In this document: positions 18,162-28,220 of the stretch, piece by piece
How positions within the stretch are numbered: the first letter of the stretch is position 1
Layout: the number at the start of each line of letters is the position of its first letter
From: a virus
Length of the DNA stretch: 64,000 nucleotides
Strand: one strand, 5' to 3'
IMG/VR virus record: IMGVR_UViG_3300045988_088999
Coordinates: 48,961 to 112,960 of that record
Made by a program: the position numbers and the translations under genes
Notes under the pieces: model-generated
Database searches by the model: none
Seen by the model: the letters and a program-made list of their open reading frames with translations, nothing else
Told to the model about the DNA's origin: nothing

Positions 18162-19358
18162 TTAAAACATAACCTCTGGCAATGTACGTTTATAGTATAC
18201 CAAATTCTTCTCATAAATAGTGTGGAAATCTGACATATTGTTCCACATTACAACGGAGCCGTGTCCAATAAGATTGACTGTATAAAACTTCTTTGTTGTA
18301 TCAGTTAAAATGTTTTCAACTTCTCTGGCCTCTTCTATAGCACCGCACGGAATTGCTAATTTCGTAAACGGCGCATTTTTAATATAACAATGACTATGAA
18401 GGATGTAGTTTATATTACTATACTTATTATAAAGCAGCATCTGCACAGGCGTATCAACTGACGGCTTATCTGTGCCACAATACATAAGTTTATCGTTATC
18501 CATATATACCGGAACGAAATTATCAAGTGTGATAAATCGTTTATCAATATTCCGTTTAGACACGAAAATATACCCATTTCTTCTAAAACTCGGCATACCC
18601 TTTCCGCATCGTCCAACTTGCGGTGGTAACTTTCGTATACTGGCATTACCAACAAAACGTGTTGTCACGCAATCTGTCGGCATAAACTCCTGAAATTTCG
18701 TAGCGTATCTTTTTACTGTATCAACAAAATCGTTCTCATCTGGAACACCAATAACTCTGTCCGATTTATACTCATTTTGTTTGAACTGGTCAAAATACCA
18801 CGACAAAACAAGACCTTTATCTGTGACGGATTGTGTCGTGTTCTGCCGAGTCATAGATTTAAGAAAAATCAACCTATCTATACAGGTTTGCATTGCAAGT
18901 TCAATATCTATTCCATCATACCATACAGAACCAAGTGGGTCAAATATCGTAATATTAAAAAGCCCAGTATCTGTTCTCTTAAACTTGAATGATAGGTTTG
19001 CCTTTACAGAAATAGTTCTTTGCAAAAGTTCTTGGAATGAATATTTGTCAACATCGTCTCTCTTAGATGTGATGAGCATTGTAAATGGGTCGTAATCTTT
19101 TACGCTCCTATTTTTTACGAAGCTATTATCAATATTGGGCCACCAAAAAACAAAATCATAATGCTTTTTGCTAATTAAATTCAAAATATTTTGAATCTCA
19201 TCATAATCGCCGCCGTTGAATAACAGTACGCTTTCTATATGACTATCATTTTTTAAAATGTTATAACATTTGTTTGCCAAACCAGATTTTTTGCCATCAT
19301 TACCAAAATCTCCGGCTACAATAATTGCAGTATATCCCACTTTACACACCTCATACAT
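18162..19358 (-). CDS. hypothetical 398-aa protein, possible nucleotide-binding enzyme
   Basis: N-terminus IIVAGDFGNDGKKSG; C-terminus HSHCY...IPCGAIEEA...LIGHGSVV. No confident family. Confidence 0.5.
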   Translation of the reverse strand: MYEVCKVGYTAIIVAGDFGNDGKKSGLANKCYNILKNDSHIESVLLFNGGDYDEIQNILNLISKKHYDFVFWWPNIDNSFVKNRSVKDYDPFTMLITSKRDDVDKYSFQELLQRTISVKANLSFKFKRTDTGLFNITIFDPLGSVWYDGIDIELAMQTCIDRLIFLKSMTRQNTTQSVTDKGLVLSWYFDQFKQNEYKSDRVIGVPDENDFVDTVKRYATKFQEFMPTDCVTTRFVGNASIRKLPPQVGRCGKGMPSFRRNGYIFVSKRNIDKRFITLDNFVPVYMDNDKLMYCGTDKPSVDTPVQMLLYNKYSNINYILHSHCYIKNAPFTKLAIPCGAIEEAREVENILTDTTKKFYTVNLIGHGSVVMWNNMSDFHTIYEKNLVYYKRTLPEVMF

Positions 19359-19404
19359 AACATTTTAACATCCACAACTATCTGGGTCGGTGAATCCTTT
19401 TCTC

Positions 19405-19596
19405 TTAACCACTTACACCACGCCTCACCTCGTTGTCCCAACCACATTCCGGGCAATCGCATTTGTAAGTTGCTGGGTAATTGAAAGTGCCAACATTAAA
19501 CACCGTATTTTCTGTATTCTCTTGATAAATACATCCACAATTACGACAAGTAAATGTTACACACTTTCTTTTGATACCATGCACTAAAATTCTCAT
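19405..19596 (-). CDS. zinc-ribbon protein
   Basis: CRNCGC...CDCPECG. Confidence 0.5.
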   Translation of the reverse strand: MRILVHGIKRKCVTFTCRNCGCIYQENTENTVFNVGTFNYPATYKCDCPECGWDNEVRRGVSG

Positions 19597-19597
19597 G

Positions 19598-19713
19598 TTA
19601 CCTCCATTTTAGATGTCCAGCTTTGTATAAGACATATAAGAAACTTGCGAATACATAAATCCCACCGAGTAGTATGACTATCGGAAGTGCTAATAGAATA
19701 TATACTAAAATAC
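19598..19713 (-). CDS. 39-aa membrane micro-protein (coupled, not in ORF track)
   Basis: MSILVYILLALPIVILLGGIYVFASFLYVLYKAGHLKWR. Its 3' end supplies the GGAGGT RBS for the next gene. Confidence 0.3.
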
Positions 19714-20079
19714 TCATACAGAACTGCCTACGTTATCGGCAACGTACATATCCTTCAGTCGTTCGCGTAACCTTACCAGCTTATTGATAGTCTCGACTAT
19801 TTCGTGTGCGATGTCTTTTTGCGCTTTTGTAAGGCATTTGTTATAATATTCTGCCGCTTCTTCATAAGTCAAAAAATAGTCATAATCACCAAACGACCAA
19901 CGCGCAATCTTATGAGTGCTGTTTTCTGGAACAAAGTTATATTTACAACCGCTATAAGTTTCTCCTTCAAAATGTCCCAAAAGAGGTGGCAGATTTCTGA
20001 TAATTGTACTACAGTTTCGTGATAACTCAAAAGCAGTACACCAAACAGAAGTATTTAAACTAACTTCACGACTTTTCAT
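19714..20079 (-). CDS. hypothetical protein (paralog of 17499-17819)
   Basis: See 17499-17819. Confidence 0.5.
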   Translation of the reverse strand: MKSREVSLNTSVWCTAFELSRNCSTIIRNLPPLLGHFEGETYSGCKYNFVPENSTHKIARWSFGDYDYFLTYEEAAEYYNKCLTKAQKDIAHEIVETINKLVRLRERLKDMYVADNVGSSV

Positions 20080-20091
20080 ATATACTCCTTA

Positions 20092-20538
20092 TTACCAATA
20101 TGTCTTAACACATCCTTGTACCGGGTCGCTATAACTTCGTCCTTCGCAATCCTCGTAAGTTCCTTTATACGATGCAGAAACAAGTTTCAGTGGATATTTA
20201 AGTTTATCAATATCTTCATTAAGACAACCAATGTTAATGCCACGCCAACGATTATTGTTATTGCTGGTCTTACCTTTGGCAAGAATATCTTTCATAGTAG
20301 ACGGATATTTGTCACCATCGTAAATCATATTAGGACGTTTGTTCCAATACGCGAGAATACCGTAGAGGTCAGCCATATTATCTTTGGTATCCCAAAGAAC
20401 ATACCCATATCCCTGATAGTGGTCTTTAATAAAACCACCACCAAACTCCTTCGGAATAAGAATTTTGTAGCTATCGCCATCTACGATATTACTCCGTTTC
20501 GTAGTTTTATCTGCTCTCATCCAAGAAAAACATCCCAT
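20092..20538 (-). CDS. hypothetical protein
   Basis: ORF of 148 aa. Confidence 0.45.
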   Translation of the reverse strand: MGCFSWMRADKTTKRSNIVDGDSYKILIPKEFGGGFIKDHYQGYGYVLWDTKDNMADLYGILAYWNKRPNMIYDGDKYPSTMKDILAKGKTSNNNNRWRGINIGCLNEDIDKLKYPLKLVSASYKGTYEDCEGRSYSDPVQGCVKTYW

Positions 20539-20553
20539 AGCAATTTACCCCCT

Positions 20554-20766
20554 TTACAGCCTTAACTCATAAATAGGTTTATTATTCTTGTCAAACCATT
20601 TTAGTTTCTGCCCACATCTCCCACAGAAGTTGTTCGGTATGCCATCTTTGTTAAACAGCATTTCCCAACTTCCACAGCCCGGACACACAAATTTTCCTCT
20701 GTGTATACCAACAAGTTCAGATTTTTCACGATATTCCATAATTTCTCCTAAAAATTTAACGTACAT
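20554..20766 (-). CDS. zinc-ribbon protein
   Basis: CPGCGSW...CGRCGQKL. Confidence 0.5.
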   Translation of the reverse strand: MYVKFLGEIMEYREKSELVGIHRGKFVCPGCGSWEMLFNKDGIPNNFCGRCGQKLKWFDKNNKPIYELRL

Positions 20767-21700
20767 ACGTTGTTTTTATTACACAAAAGTCAAATTTTAT
20801 CTAAAAAATAATGACCATAATCTCGCTTGTACGGATGTGAAATTTCCAGTATGTCTTTTGCTGAATATAGGTTATAGTAAACATCCACAGTAATGTCACC
20901 AAGAAGTGCATCTACAGTATTAAACAAAGAAACGCCATTTAAAAGCATTTCTTCCATTCTCTGCCAAAGAAGCTGTTTCATCTTTTCGTATGTTCCCATA
21001 TACATTATTACCTTAAAACGGCCATACCCATTCAAAAATATCAACGACAATATGAAAACCAATATAGCCGATTCCTAAAAGTCCGCCAAGAATAAAAATA
21101 CTAATGACAACATCAATTACTTCTCTATAAATCTCCATCTTGCCCCCTTGTCATACTTATTCCAAATCTCTTTAGCCTTTTCATAAGATATGCCATAGGT
21201 AGGACAACTTATCGTGTTTTTATCTTTCTGCATACCCAGAAACGTCTTATCAGTAGTTTTATAAGGAAGCTCAAACTCAACTAAGCCGCCATCTATAATA
21301 CAGAGAACAAAATTGATTAAACAAACTGGAATAAATATAATCGCATAAAACCAAGTTTTAATTTCCTGTTTTCTATACAACGCCTTATCCTCATCTAAGA
21401 TAAGATAGTAGTCGCAGAACTTTTGCGCCTATTCTACACAGTTGTTATACTTGCCAATATATGTCCAGTCTGACAATGTGATACGCTTTTTAATCATCTT
21501 ACCTCCTATTATGCTATTGTTATAAATCCGGCGACAAAAGAATCTACCGCTAAACATCCAAGTGTGTATAAAGCAGTGGTAAATAAACCACGGGGAATCG
21601 CCCACACTACAAAACCATAAAGCTCAAGCAATGCTACAATCGCTATAACGCTAAAGATAGCTACCATAAAGAAAACGTCAGATAAATCCATAAAACCACC

Positions 21701-21913
21701 TCACTCTGTATCAATCACGATTGTTCCGTCAAAACCTTCGTAAATGATAGCGTCACTGAGCTTACACGTTGCAAGCTCTTGTACTCGAACAGATTTCTTT
21801 CCACAGCAAGGACATTCATAATAATGATGTTTGCCAGTCTCGATTGTGATTTCCTGCTCAGGATTATCTTTTGCAAGTTTCTGTAATTTATCAATAACTT
21901 TATAAACTTTCAT
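21701..21913 (-). CDS. small zinc-binding protein
   Basis: CPCCGKK...C. Confidence 0.45.
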   Translation of the reverse strand: MKVYKVIDKLQKLAKDNPEQEITIETGKHHYYECPCCGKKSVRVQELATCKLSDAIIYEGFDGTIVIDTE

Positions 21914-22967
21914 ACACTATTCCATCCGATTCATCAGAGTACATATAGTTGTGCGCATAGTCAATTTCAGTTTTCCAAATTTTGAGGTAGTCGTCGATTG
22001 GGATTCCCCAACAATAAATGTCATCGTCGTTATAGTGTTCAAGCCCATAGTCGGCGACATATTTAATAATCTCGTGACGAGTCTCACGCATCAACTTCAA
22101 GGTATCATCGTTCGTAGCACCGTTACGACCAGCAAGTTCTTGATAGTAAATCGCTTCGTTGAGCTGTTCCAAGTCACTTTTCAGTTTTGCTTCTGCGGCA
22201 TCTGTGTTATCCATATTTTTCGCACAATGTTTTTTAGCTTCGGCTCTACAATTTTCTAGCTCTTTTGCAAGTTGTGCGTTTTCTTTTTTGTACTGACTTA
22301 CTTTCTTGTAAGCACGATTTAAAGCATCTGCATAATTTACTTTGTTTTCTACTGCTGAAGTTGTAGATGTAAGTATTGTATCTGTATCACTTACAGACTT
22401 ACTCGCCGTTTCCGCCTTGTAGTTCTCGTCGAAGTCACCATTGATTTTAGCAAAATTCTTAATACCTTCAATATCTGTGACAGAAACGGAATTATTCTTA
22501 ATAAACGTCTCTATATCTGCAAGCATTTTAGAGAAGATACTACCGTATGTGTCTCTGGTTTTACATACAAGGTTGCTATATAAAGAAGTTGATACACATT
22601 TATCAATCGAGTCGAGAGTATTTGCGAGTTCTTTACAGTATACCGTATAGAAGCGTTCAAACTGTTTCAATTCGTATTTTGTAAGATAGTCATTAATTTT
22701 TGACATATATCTACTGACGATACTATTGACAATGACGCTGTGATTTACGCATTTGTTATACGATTCTCGTTTGGCGTGTTCTTTTGCGTTAGCGCTCATC
22801 TCGCGTTCAACTTTGGTAACATATAGCGAGTACCTTTCTTCTGCTTCGTCCTCGTGCGCATCGTCATACCAAGTATTTTCGCATAAATCAACAATGAGTA
22901 CACAAGCTAATATTACTACAATGAGAATTATTGCAAATCCACATATCATAAATTTTAAACCGACCAT
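21900..22967 (-). CDS. membrane-anchored coiled-coil protein
   Basis: N-terminal TM helix, then long helical/coiled regions. First gene downstream of promoter P3. Confidence 0.5.
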   Translation of the reverse strand: MVGLKFMICGFAIILIVVILACVLIVDLCENTWYDDAHEDEAEERYSLYVTKVEREMSANAKEHAKRESYNKCVNHSVIVNSIVSRYMSKINDYLTKYELKQFERFYTVYCKELANTLDSIDKCVSTSLYSNLVCKTRDTYGSIFSKMLADIETFIKNNSVSVTDIEGIKNFAKINGDFDENYKAETASKSVSDTDTILTSTTSAVENKVNYADALNRAYKKVSQYKKENAQLAKELENCRAEAKKHCAKNMDNTDAAEAKLKSDLEQLNEAIYYQELAGRNGATNDDTLKLMRETRHEIIKYVADYGLEHYNDDDIYCWGIPIDDYLKIWKTEIDYAHNYMYSDESDGIVYESL

Positions 22968-23004
22968 AAATGCCTCCGCTATCGTGCATCCTTCTTACAC
23001 CTAT

Positions 23005-23033
23005 ATTATACCATAGAAAACAATGAAAGTCAA
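23005..23033 (-). promoter_or_regulatory. sigma70-type promoter P3 (TTGACT-17-TATAAT)
   Basis: Reverse complement reads cccTTGACT-N17-TATAATataggtg. Confidence 0.65.
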
Positions 23034-23081
23034 GGGAAATCTAAAGAAAAAGACTGGAAATTTCCTCCAGTCTTACAACTA

Positions 23082-23444
23082 TTAGTTGTTTTTGGCGTAT
23101 TCAACACCCATTCTGAAGCAGACGCACGAATTGCCCCATTCACTAAGAGGAATCCAGCCATCGTGAATCTTTACTGCGGCGATATGCTCATCGTAAAAAA
23201 TAGCACTAAGAATCCTATCACCATTCCAAGGCTCTAAAAAGACATGGTTACGGACGATAGCCGCGTCCTTATTACATAATGACCATGTGCCATCATCGGT
23301 AAAGCGCAATACTCTACTGCCGCCCATATCATCACCATCACCATTGACGAGCGTATAAGTAAGTTCTTCTGAATATGGATTTACCTTATATTCATCAAGA
23401 TGCACCTTACTCATAGTGATTTTGCTAATATCAAAATCTTCCAT
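23082..23444 (-). CDS. hypothetical protein
   Basis: ORF of 120 aa. Confidence 0.45.
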   Translation of the reverse strand: MEDFDISKITMSKVHLDEYKVNPYSEELTYTLVNGDGDDMGGSRVLRFTDDGTWSLCNKDAAIVRNHVFLEPWNGDRILSAIFYDEHIAAVKIHDGWIPLSEWGNSCVCFRMGVEYAKNN

Positions 23445-23446
23445 AA

Positions 23447-23635
23447 TTAGTATACCTTATTCTTATCAAGGCGGCTTACGTCAGCAGGAGTAAACAGGCA
23501 ATCTGCATCAGTCTCCAAATGCTTTTTTGCCTTAGACTTTGCTTCGTTTACAGTCTCGGCATACACGATAACTTTTGTGGTGTACTTACGACAGCCATCA
23601 TCCATATTACCACGAACAATATACCACTCGCCCAT
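23447..23635 (-). CDS. small hypothetical protein (MGEWYIVRG family, paralog of 9399-9611)
   Basis: N-terminal identity MG.WYIV.G.M. Confidence 0.5.
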   Translation of the reverse strand: MGEWYIVRGNMDDGCRKYTTKVIVYAETVNEAKSKAKKHLETDADCLFTPADVSRLDKNKVY

Positions 23636-23899
23636 TTAATCCTCCTTGTGCCATTCAGAAAATACGGAAGTATCATTAGAATTTGCAAATACCTCAACAC
23701 CGACAATATCTGCAACAACAGGTTTACCGTTAATATCGTTGCCCAACATCTGTCCCATGAGCATTTGCTTAAACTCATCACGAATCTGTCCTGCGACAGT
23801 CGTTTCAGTAACCCCAGCGGCAATAGCCTTTTGCAGATTCTCGTCAATCTGCGCCGCGTCCATGCTATTTTCGACAGTAAATTCAACCTTAATCTTCAT
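23636..23899 (-). CDS. hypothetical protein
   Basis: ORF of 87 aa. Confidence 0.45.
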   Translation of the reverse strand: MKIKVEFTVENSMDAAQIDENLQKAIAAGVTETTVAGQIRDEFKQMLMGQMLGNDINGKPVVADIVGVEVFANSNDTSVFSEWHKED

Positions 23900-23901
23900 A
23901 A

Positions 23902-24393
23902 CTATTTCTCCAATCTGTTCCCAAGAACGTCATAATTATCGTAGTAACGATACATAGAAGTGACCCAAGAACGCTTCTCGATACAACCATCATAGAAAAC
24001 GAGTGTTCCGGCTAAATTAGCACTGCACTCATTGAGTGCTTTCCGAATAACTGCCTCTGTGCGCCCCATAAAGTAAGAATCATCAATAAGTACGTAATTC
24101 TCACCGGACTTTACATATTCGGAAAGGTCTAACTTTGTGTTAGATTTACGCAAGCCGCCCGGAACAATCAGGTCTGTAGTAAAACCATAATTGAAATATG
24201 CAATTCCGGTTTTACCGGTAACAACATACTTATATTTGTCGTGCGGATACATTATCTTAACATCGTGGTCAAGCATTGCAAGAATCTCTTTACTCGCTCT
24301 GATAGAATCGTCAAGCTGGTCAAAGAAAATCTCGCCACCAACAAACTTTTCCAAAAGCTCATTTACCTTTGTGACAACAATATCGTAACTCAT
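23902..24393 (-). CDS. hypothetical protein with a weak phosphoribosyltransferase-like motif
   Basis: VLIDDSYFMGRTEA resembles a PRTase PRPP loop. Low confidence. Confidence 0.35.
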   Translation of the reverse strand: MSYDIVVTKVNELLEKFVGGEIFFDQLDDSIRASKEILAMLDHDVKIMYPHDKYKYVVTGKTGIAYFNYGFTTDLIVPGGLRKSNTKLDLSEYVKSGENYVLIDDSYFMGRTEAVIRKALNECSANLAGTLVFYDGCIEKRSWVTSMYRYYDNYDVLGNRLEK

Positions 24394-25067
24394 TTTTGTT
24401 TTATCTTAACCTTTCTATCGCCAATAATACGATTCTCGATTTCAAGATTTTCTGATGCAATATTTTGCATCTTTGCTACTTCTCTATCCTGCACTTCGCG
24501 TACAACTTCCCTAATATCTCTTAGATTTTTTAACTGTGCATCGACCGTTTCTGTTGCACACAGACTTTTCAAACCCTTACTAACAGTCAAGCACATTGCG
24601 AAGTAATCAAAATATGTCGCTGGGTTTAAAACGACATAGTTATTGTTTTTACTAGCAATATGACAAATTACAAAATTATGTCTCATATCTTTACAAGACC
24701 AGTCATAATAATCATCGTACACAAATCTATCTTCATAGTAATTACAGCTAACATAGTCAAAATCTGCACGAAGTTCTTTGACAGATAACAACTGTTTAAT
24801 CTGTGCATACTTCATCTTAGGGAGAAGTTCATTAGGGCAATGCAATCTATATTTACAAAAGGCTCTATACTGAGGAATCTGTGACCCGGTAGGCGATACT
24901 CTAATCAGCAATAGAATAAACCAGACAATAAATGCGACTCCGTACCACTTCGAAGGTTTTGACGCGAGGAACGCGATAACAGCCGGTGAAAAACCAAAAA
25001 TTGTGTAGACCCAAAATACGCAAGAACTAATCATTCTTTTACAACCTTTCCACCAAAGTAATCCCAC
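24390..25067 (-). CDS. membrane protein
   Basis: Multiple N-terminal TM helices. Confidence 0.45.
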   Translation of the reverse strand: MGLLWWKGCKRMISSCVFWVYTIFGFSPAVIAFLASKPSKWYGVAFIVWFILLLIRVSPTGSQIPQYRAFCKYRLHCPNELLPKMKYAQIKQLLSVKELRADFDYVSCNYYEDRFVYDDYYDWSCKDMRHNFVICHIASKNNNYVVLNPATYFDYFAMCLTVSKGLKSLCATETVDAQLKNLRDIREVVREVQDREVAKMQNIASENLEIENRIIGDRKVKIKQK

Positions 25068-25570
25068 TCAGAACCATCCGCAAAATAAATTGCATCACTA
25101 ATTTTAGCTTTCTTCTTTAACTCAATTTCATCAGGTTTTGAATTAAAAAGAGCATTATAAACCATACGATAACAGTTCATATTCGGACTATACTTAGGAC
25201 TACGAAAAATTGGCATATCGTCTCCAGTAAGATACTTCATAATTGCCGCACATACACCAGCAGAACGACTACAACCAGCCTCGCACTGAACGATAATTTT
25301 TTCAACGTAAGTCTTGTTTATCCAGCCCTTGATAAACTTCGCCACTTCTTCACCCTGTTCGTCAGACATTGCAGTTTCCCACTTCGTACTGACTTCGCAA
25401 TCGTTGAACTGTAATCTAAGAAAGTGGATGTTGTCTGCTGTGCAGTCATCACCAGCAAGAGGTGCGCCAATATCAGTGATAGAAACTACGAGTGTTTCAA
25501 CATTGTCCGGGTTCATAAGGTAATCTTCTAGCACATAACGGCTCATTACCTTGAAATCAGGATAACTCAT
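25031..25570 (-). CDS. protein tyrosine / dual-specificity phosphatase
   Basis: CX5R P-loop VQCEAGCSRSAGV (HCxxGxxRS signature). Confidence 0.65.
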   Translation of the reverse strand: MSYPDFKVMSRYVLEDYLMNPDNVETLVVSITDIGAPLAGDDCTADNIHFLRLQFNDCEVSTKWETAMSDEQGEEVAKFIKGWINKTYVEKIIVQCEAGCSRSAGVCAAIMKYLTGDDMPIFRSPKYSPNMNCYRMVYNALFNSKPDEIELKKKAKISDAIYFADGSEWDYFGGKVVKE

Positions 25571-25580
25571 ATTTTCCTCC

Positions 25581-26054
25581 TCACAAAATAGATTCGCTTC
25601 CGCTGTCGTGCATCATACGAATCATATAAATATTCTCACGAACAAGCATAAGAGTTTTGCCAAGCTGATTACGTCCAACAGTACATTCGTAATCCATACC
25701 CCAATAACGGTCATTCCAACTGTTGCCCTCAACCAAAGTCATTCCATTAGTTGCCAACAGCTTATCGGCCAGCTTTGGATTCTGGATAAACTTCGCCATA
25801 ACAATCTCGTACATCACTTTGTCTTTTACGTCGTCCCAATCGGAGCGCAAATCGACAAGACGGCGACCCTCGCGCTTAGATTTAGACGGGTCAAGTGTCG
25901 CAAAATACTTACGCTTTTCAATATCCAAAGTTTTCTGGGCCTGAAAAGCCGCCTCAGAACTGCCATAAGCAATTCCATCATAAGTTACCGGACACTGATA
26001 AAAATTGCTCAAAAAGAAATACTCACCATCAAAGCGGTTAATTACATTCTCCAT
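25581..26054 (-). CDS. NADAR / YbiA-family (DUF1768) protein
   Basis: YGSSEAAFQAQK...DWDDVKDKVMYEIVMAKFIQNPKLADKLLATNGMTLVEGNSWNDRYWG matches the NADAR consensus. Confidence 0.65.
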   Translation of the reverse strand: MENVINRFDGEYFFLSNFYQCPVTYDGIAYGSSEAAFQAQKTLDIEKRKYFATLDPSKSKREGRRLVDLRSDWDDVKDKVMYEIVMAKFIQNPKLADKLLATNGMTLVEGNSWNDRYWGMDYECTVGRNQLGKTLMLVRENIYMIRMMHDSGSESIL

Positions 26055-26066
26055 TTGTTATCTCCT

Positions 26067-26486
26067 TTAGATTAAATTACCAAGGTCTAAAAAACTATAC
26101 ATCGAAAGTGAAAACACAATCTGTGCTATATGGGCCATTTGGTCTGTTGATAAACTAATTTCCAGTTTGTTGGCTTTGCTGTTATCAATAATCATGTGGG
26201 TCACTGTATTAAATACTATACACAATACATATACCCATAAAGCATCCAAATATCCATTTGCGTAATAAGAATATAATGAAATTATTAACAACGGTATATG
26301 CGTTGTAAAAGACCAAGAAAAGGAATGTTCAAAAAGTGCGAACACCCAATCATGCTCATATAACTTGTCTGGATAATTCTTCTTCCGCCAAGACTTCTGC
26401 TTTAAGTCTCCGAGAAATCCTTGCAAATGAAAGTCGTCAATCAGATGTAGATAGAACATAATGAAGAACATAATTATATATTTCAT
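26067..26486 (-). CDS. membrane protein
   Basis: Hydrophobic helices. Confidence 0.45.
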   Translation of the reverse strand: MKYIIMFFIMFYLHLIDDFHLQGFLGDLKQKSWRKKNYPDKLYEHDWVFALFEHSFSWSFTTHIPLLIISLYSYYANGYLDALWVYVLCIVFNTVTHMIIDNSKANKLEISLSTDQMAHIAQIVFSLSMYSFLDLGNLI

Positions 26487-26764
26487 TCAAAGTCTTCCTT
26501 TTCAAAACCATCTTTGTCTACTTGACCGCTTAATATAAACCACTTAATCATATTATATGTCGCATCAATAGTCCAACCAATCACTGTTGAAATAATAAGG
26601 TATGGCAACCAAAAGATAACAAAAAAGGAAATGACTACATCCTCTTTTATCCCATCATATTGCCATAGTCCGTATTCGGTATAAATATCTGGAAAGCATT
26701 CGAGAAAGTACATTGAACCGACTCCAACATATAGTATAAGTAATAACGGCACTAACCCGAACAT
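26483..26764 (-). CDS. membrane protein
   Basis: First gene downstream of promoter P4. Confidence 0.45.
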   Translation of the reverse strand: MFGLVPLLLILYVGVGSMYFLECFPDIYTEYGLWQYDGIKEDVVISFFVIFWLPYLIISTVIGWTIDATYNMIKWFILSGQVDKDGFEKEDFE

Positions 26765-26792
26765 ATCAATCTAACCTCCATTCCATAACTAT

Positions 26793-26821
26793 ATTATAGC
26801 AAAAATACCCGGAAAAGTCAA
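26793..26821 (-). promoter_or_regulatory. sigma70-type promoter P4 (TTGACT-17-TATAAT), -35 region inside an inverted repeat cccggaaa...tttccggg
   Basis: Reverse complement reads cccTTGACT-N17-TATAATatag. Confidence 0.65.
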
Positions 26822-26847
26822 GGGCTTTCCGGGTAAAATTTTTAATA

Positions 26848-27606
26848 TTACACTTCAGTAGAATGAAGCGTCTTAATCTCCGTATATCTCTGCCGCATCT
26901 CTGCCGCCTTTCCACAGCTCATAGCGCCCTCTGGACAAGCGCCACAAGCACAAGATGGGCCAGCGTTCTTAAACAAATGCGGGGCAATAGGATATACCAG
27001 CTTTAGCATCTTCTCGGCACACTCACGAATCTCCCACTGCGCACGATTGCAACAACGCATATTAAAAAAGTGGTTAAGTTCACGAGCATTCATCGTGATA
27101 ATCATTTTGGTACAACAAGCCTCTGGCAATACATAACGTGCATCTTCCTGCGCTTTCTTTTCTGCCGATTTAGCATCCATCCCAGACTGAATATACCTTA
27201 CCGTCAAATATTTGCGGAGTTCCTCATAAGATTCAAGCGCATAACCAACAGCATCTTCAAATGTTTTTGATGCCGGTTCGTCATCTGTAAACTCTTCAGG
27301 CATAACAAACCCTGCGCTCGTCATGTCAACATAGCGTTGTGACTGAACTGAAAGAGATGCGAGACGATGACGGGAGATTTGCGCCAAAAAACTACGCGAT
27401 ACTCCTTCGATGCCAAATGTAAAACTTGCGTGTTCTGTCGGACTTTGATGCCCCAAATCAGAAAGCCTATTTAAGAATGAGCAAACTTTTTCATCTGTTA
27501 AACCATCCATCAAGGTTGCTATATTAGATTTTGCATAACACAACTTAGCAGCCGCCGCTACAATTTTTTCTGGATTTTGCGTATATGTCAAAAGTTTTAC
27601 TTCCAT
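26848..27606 (-). CDS. thyX: flavin-dependent thymidylate synthase
   Basis: ThyX motif RHRLASLSVQSQRY (RHRxxSxxxxSxRY). Confidence 0.85.
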   Translation of the reverse strand: MEVKLLTYTQNPEKIVAAAAKLCYAKSNIATLMDGLTDEKVCSFLNRLSDLGHQSPTEHASFTFGIEGVSRSFLAQISRHRLASLSVQSQRYVDMTSAGFVMPEEFTDDEPASKTFEDAVGYALESYEELRKYLTVRYIQSGMDAKSAEKKAQEDARYVLPEACCTKMIITMNARELNHFFNMRCCNRAQWEIRECAEKMLKLVYPIAPHLFKNAGPSCACGACPEGAMSCGKAAEMRQRYTEIKTLHSTEV

Positions 27607-27872
27607 TTATTATACCTCGATATTTAAAGTAGAATCATGTGGAATAACTTCACTACTAAAAGGGAACAAAACCGTAGTGAATACATCGCTATCCGTGGCT
27701 TCATCTGTTTCAGACTTTGGCGAGTATACCTTTAAAGAATTAACACCGAACTGCGGTTTAATTCGCATATAGTAAGCGCCTTCATATTCAAAGACGCTAC
27801 CGACTGCTACATCTTCAAACTTTACTTTTTTTGCACTTGAATCTAAAATAACATTTACCTCTGTCGTCATAT

Positions 27873-28220
27873 TTATACCTCCAAATCATACCAATTATCG
27901 TAGTCTATAATTTTCTTTCCGTACTTTTCTGCGCACTCGTGCTCAATTTTACAACCACGAGCACCAGACCATCCGGGCAAGAATACTACAATATCTGCAT
28001 CTGCCATCATGTAGAGTGACATTCCAAGACATTTTAATGGTGTTGCCGGGTCTTCATTATCTAAATCATCGAAGATTGTGTCCATTACCTCAATTTCTTC
28101 GTTAGATAGCTTGCCTAACCTATCTGCCCATTCATTGTGTTCAGTGCGAATCTGTTCGCTTGTTTTACCTTGCACCGGCTGGCTAATAAATACTCTTACC
28201 ATATCAACCCTCCGTATCAA
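27873..28220 (-). CDS. nucleoside 2-deoxyribosyltransferase-like (DUF4406-type) protein
   Basis: DADIVVFLPGWSGARGCKIEHECAEKYGKKI resembles that family. Confidence 0.4.
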   Translation of the reverse strand: MIRRVDMVRVFISQPVQGKTSEQIRTEHNEWADRLGKLSNEEIEVMDTIFDDLDNEDPATPLKCLGMSLYMMADADIVVFLPGWSGARGCKIEHECAEKYGKKIIDYDNWYDLEV

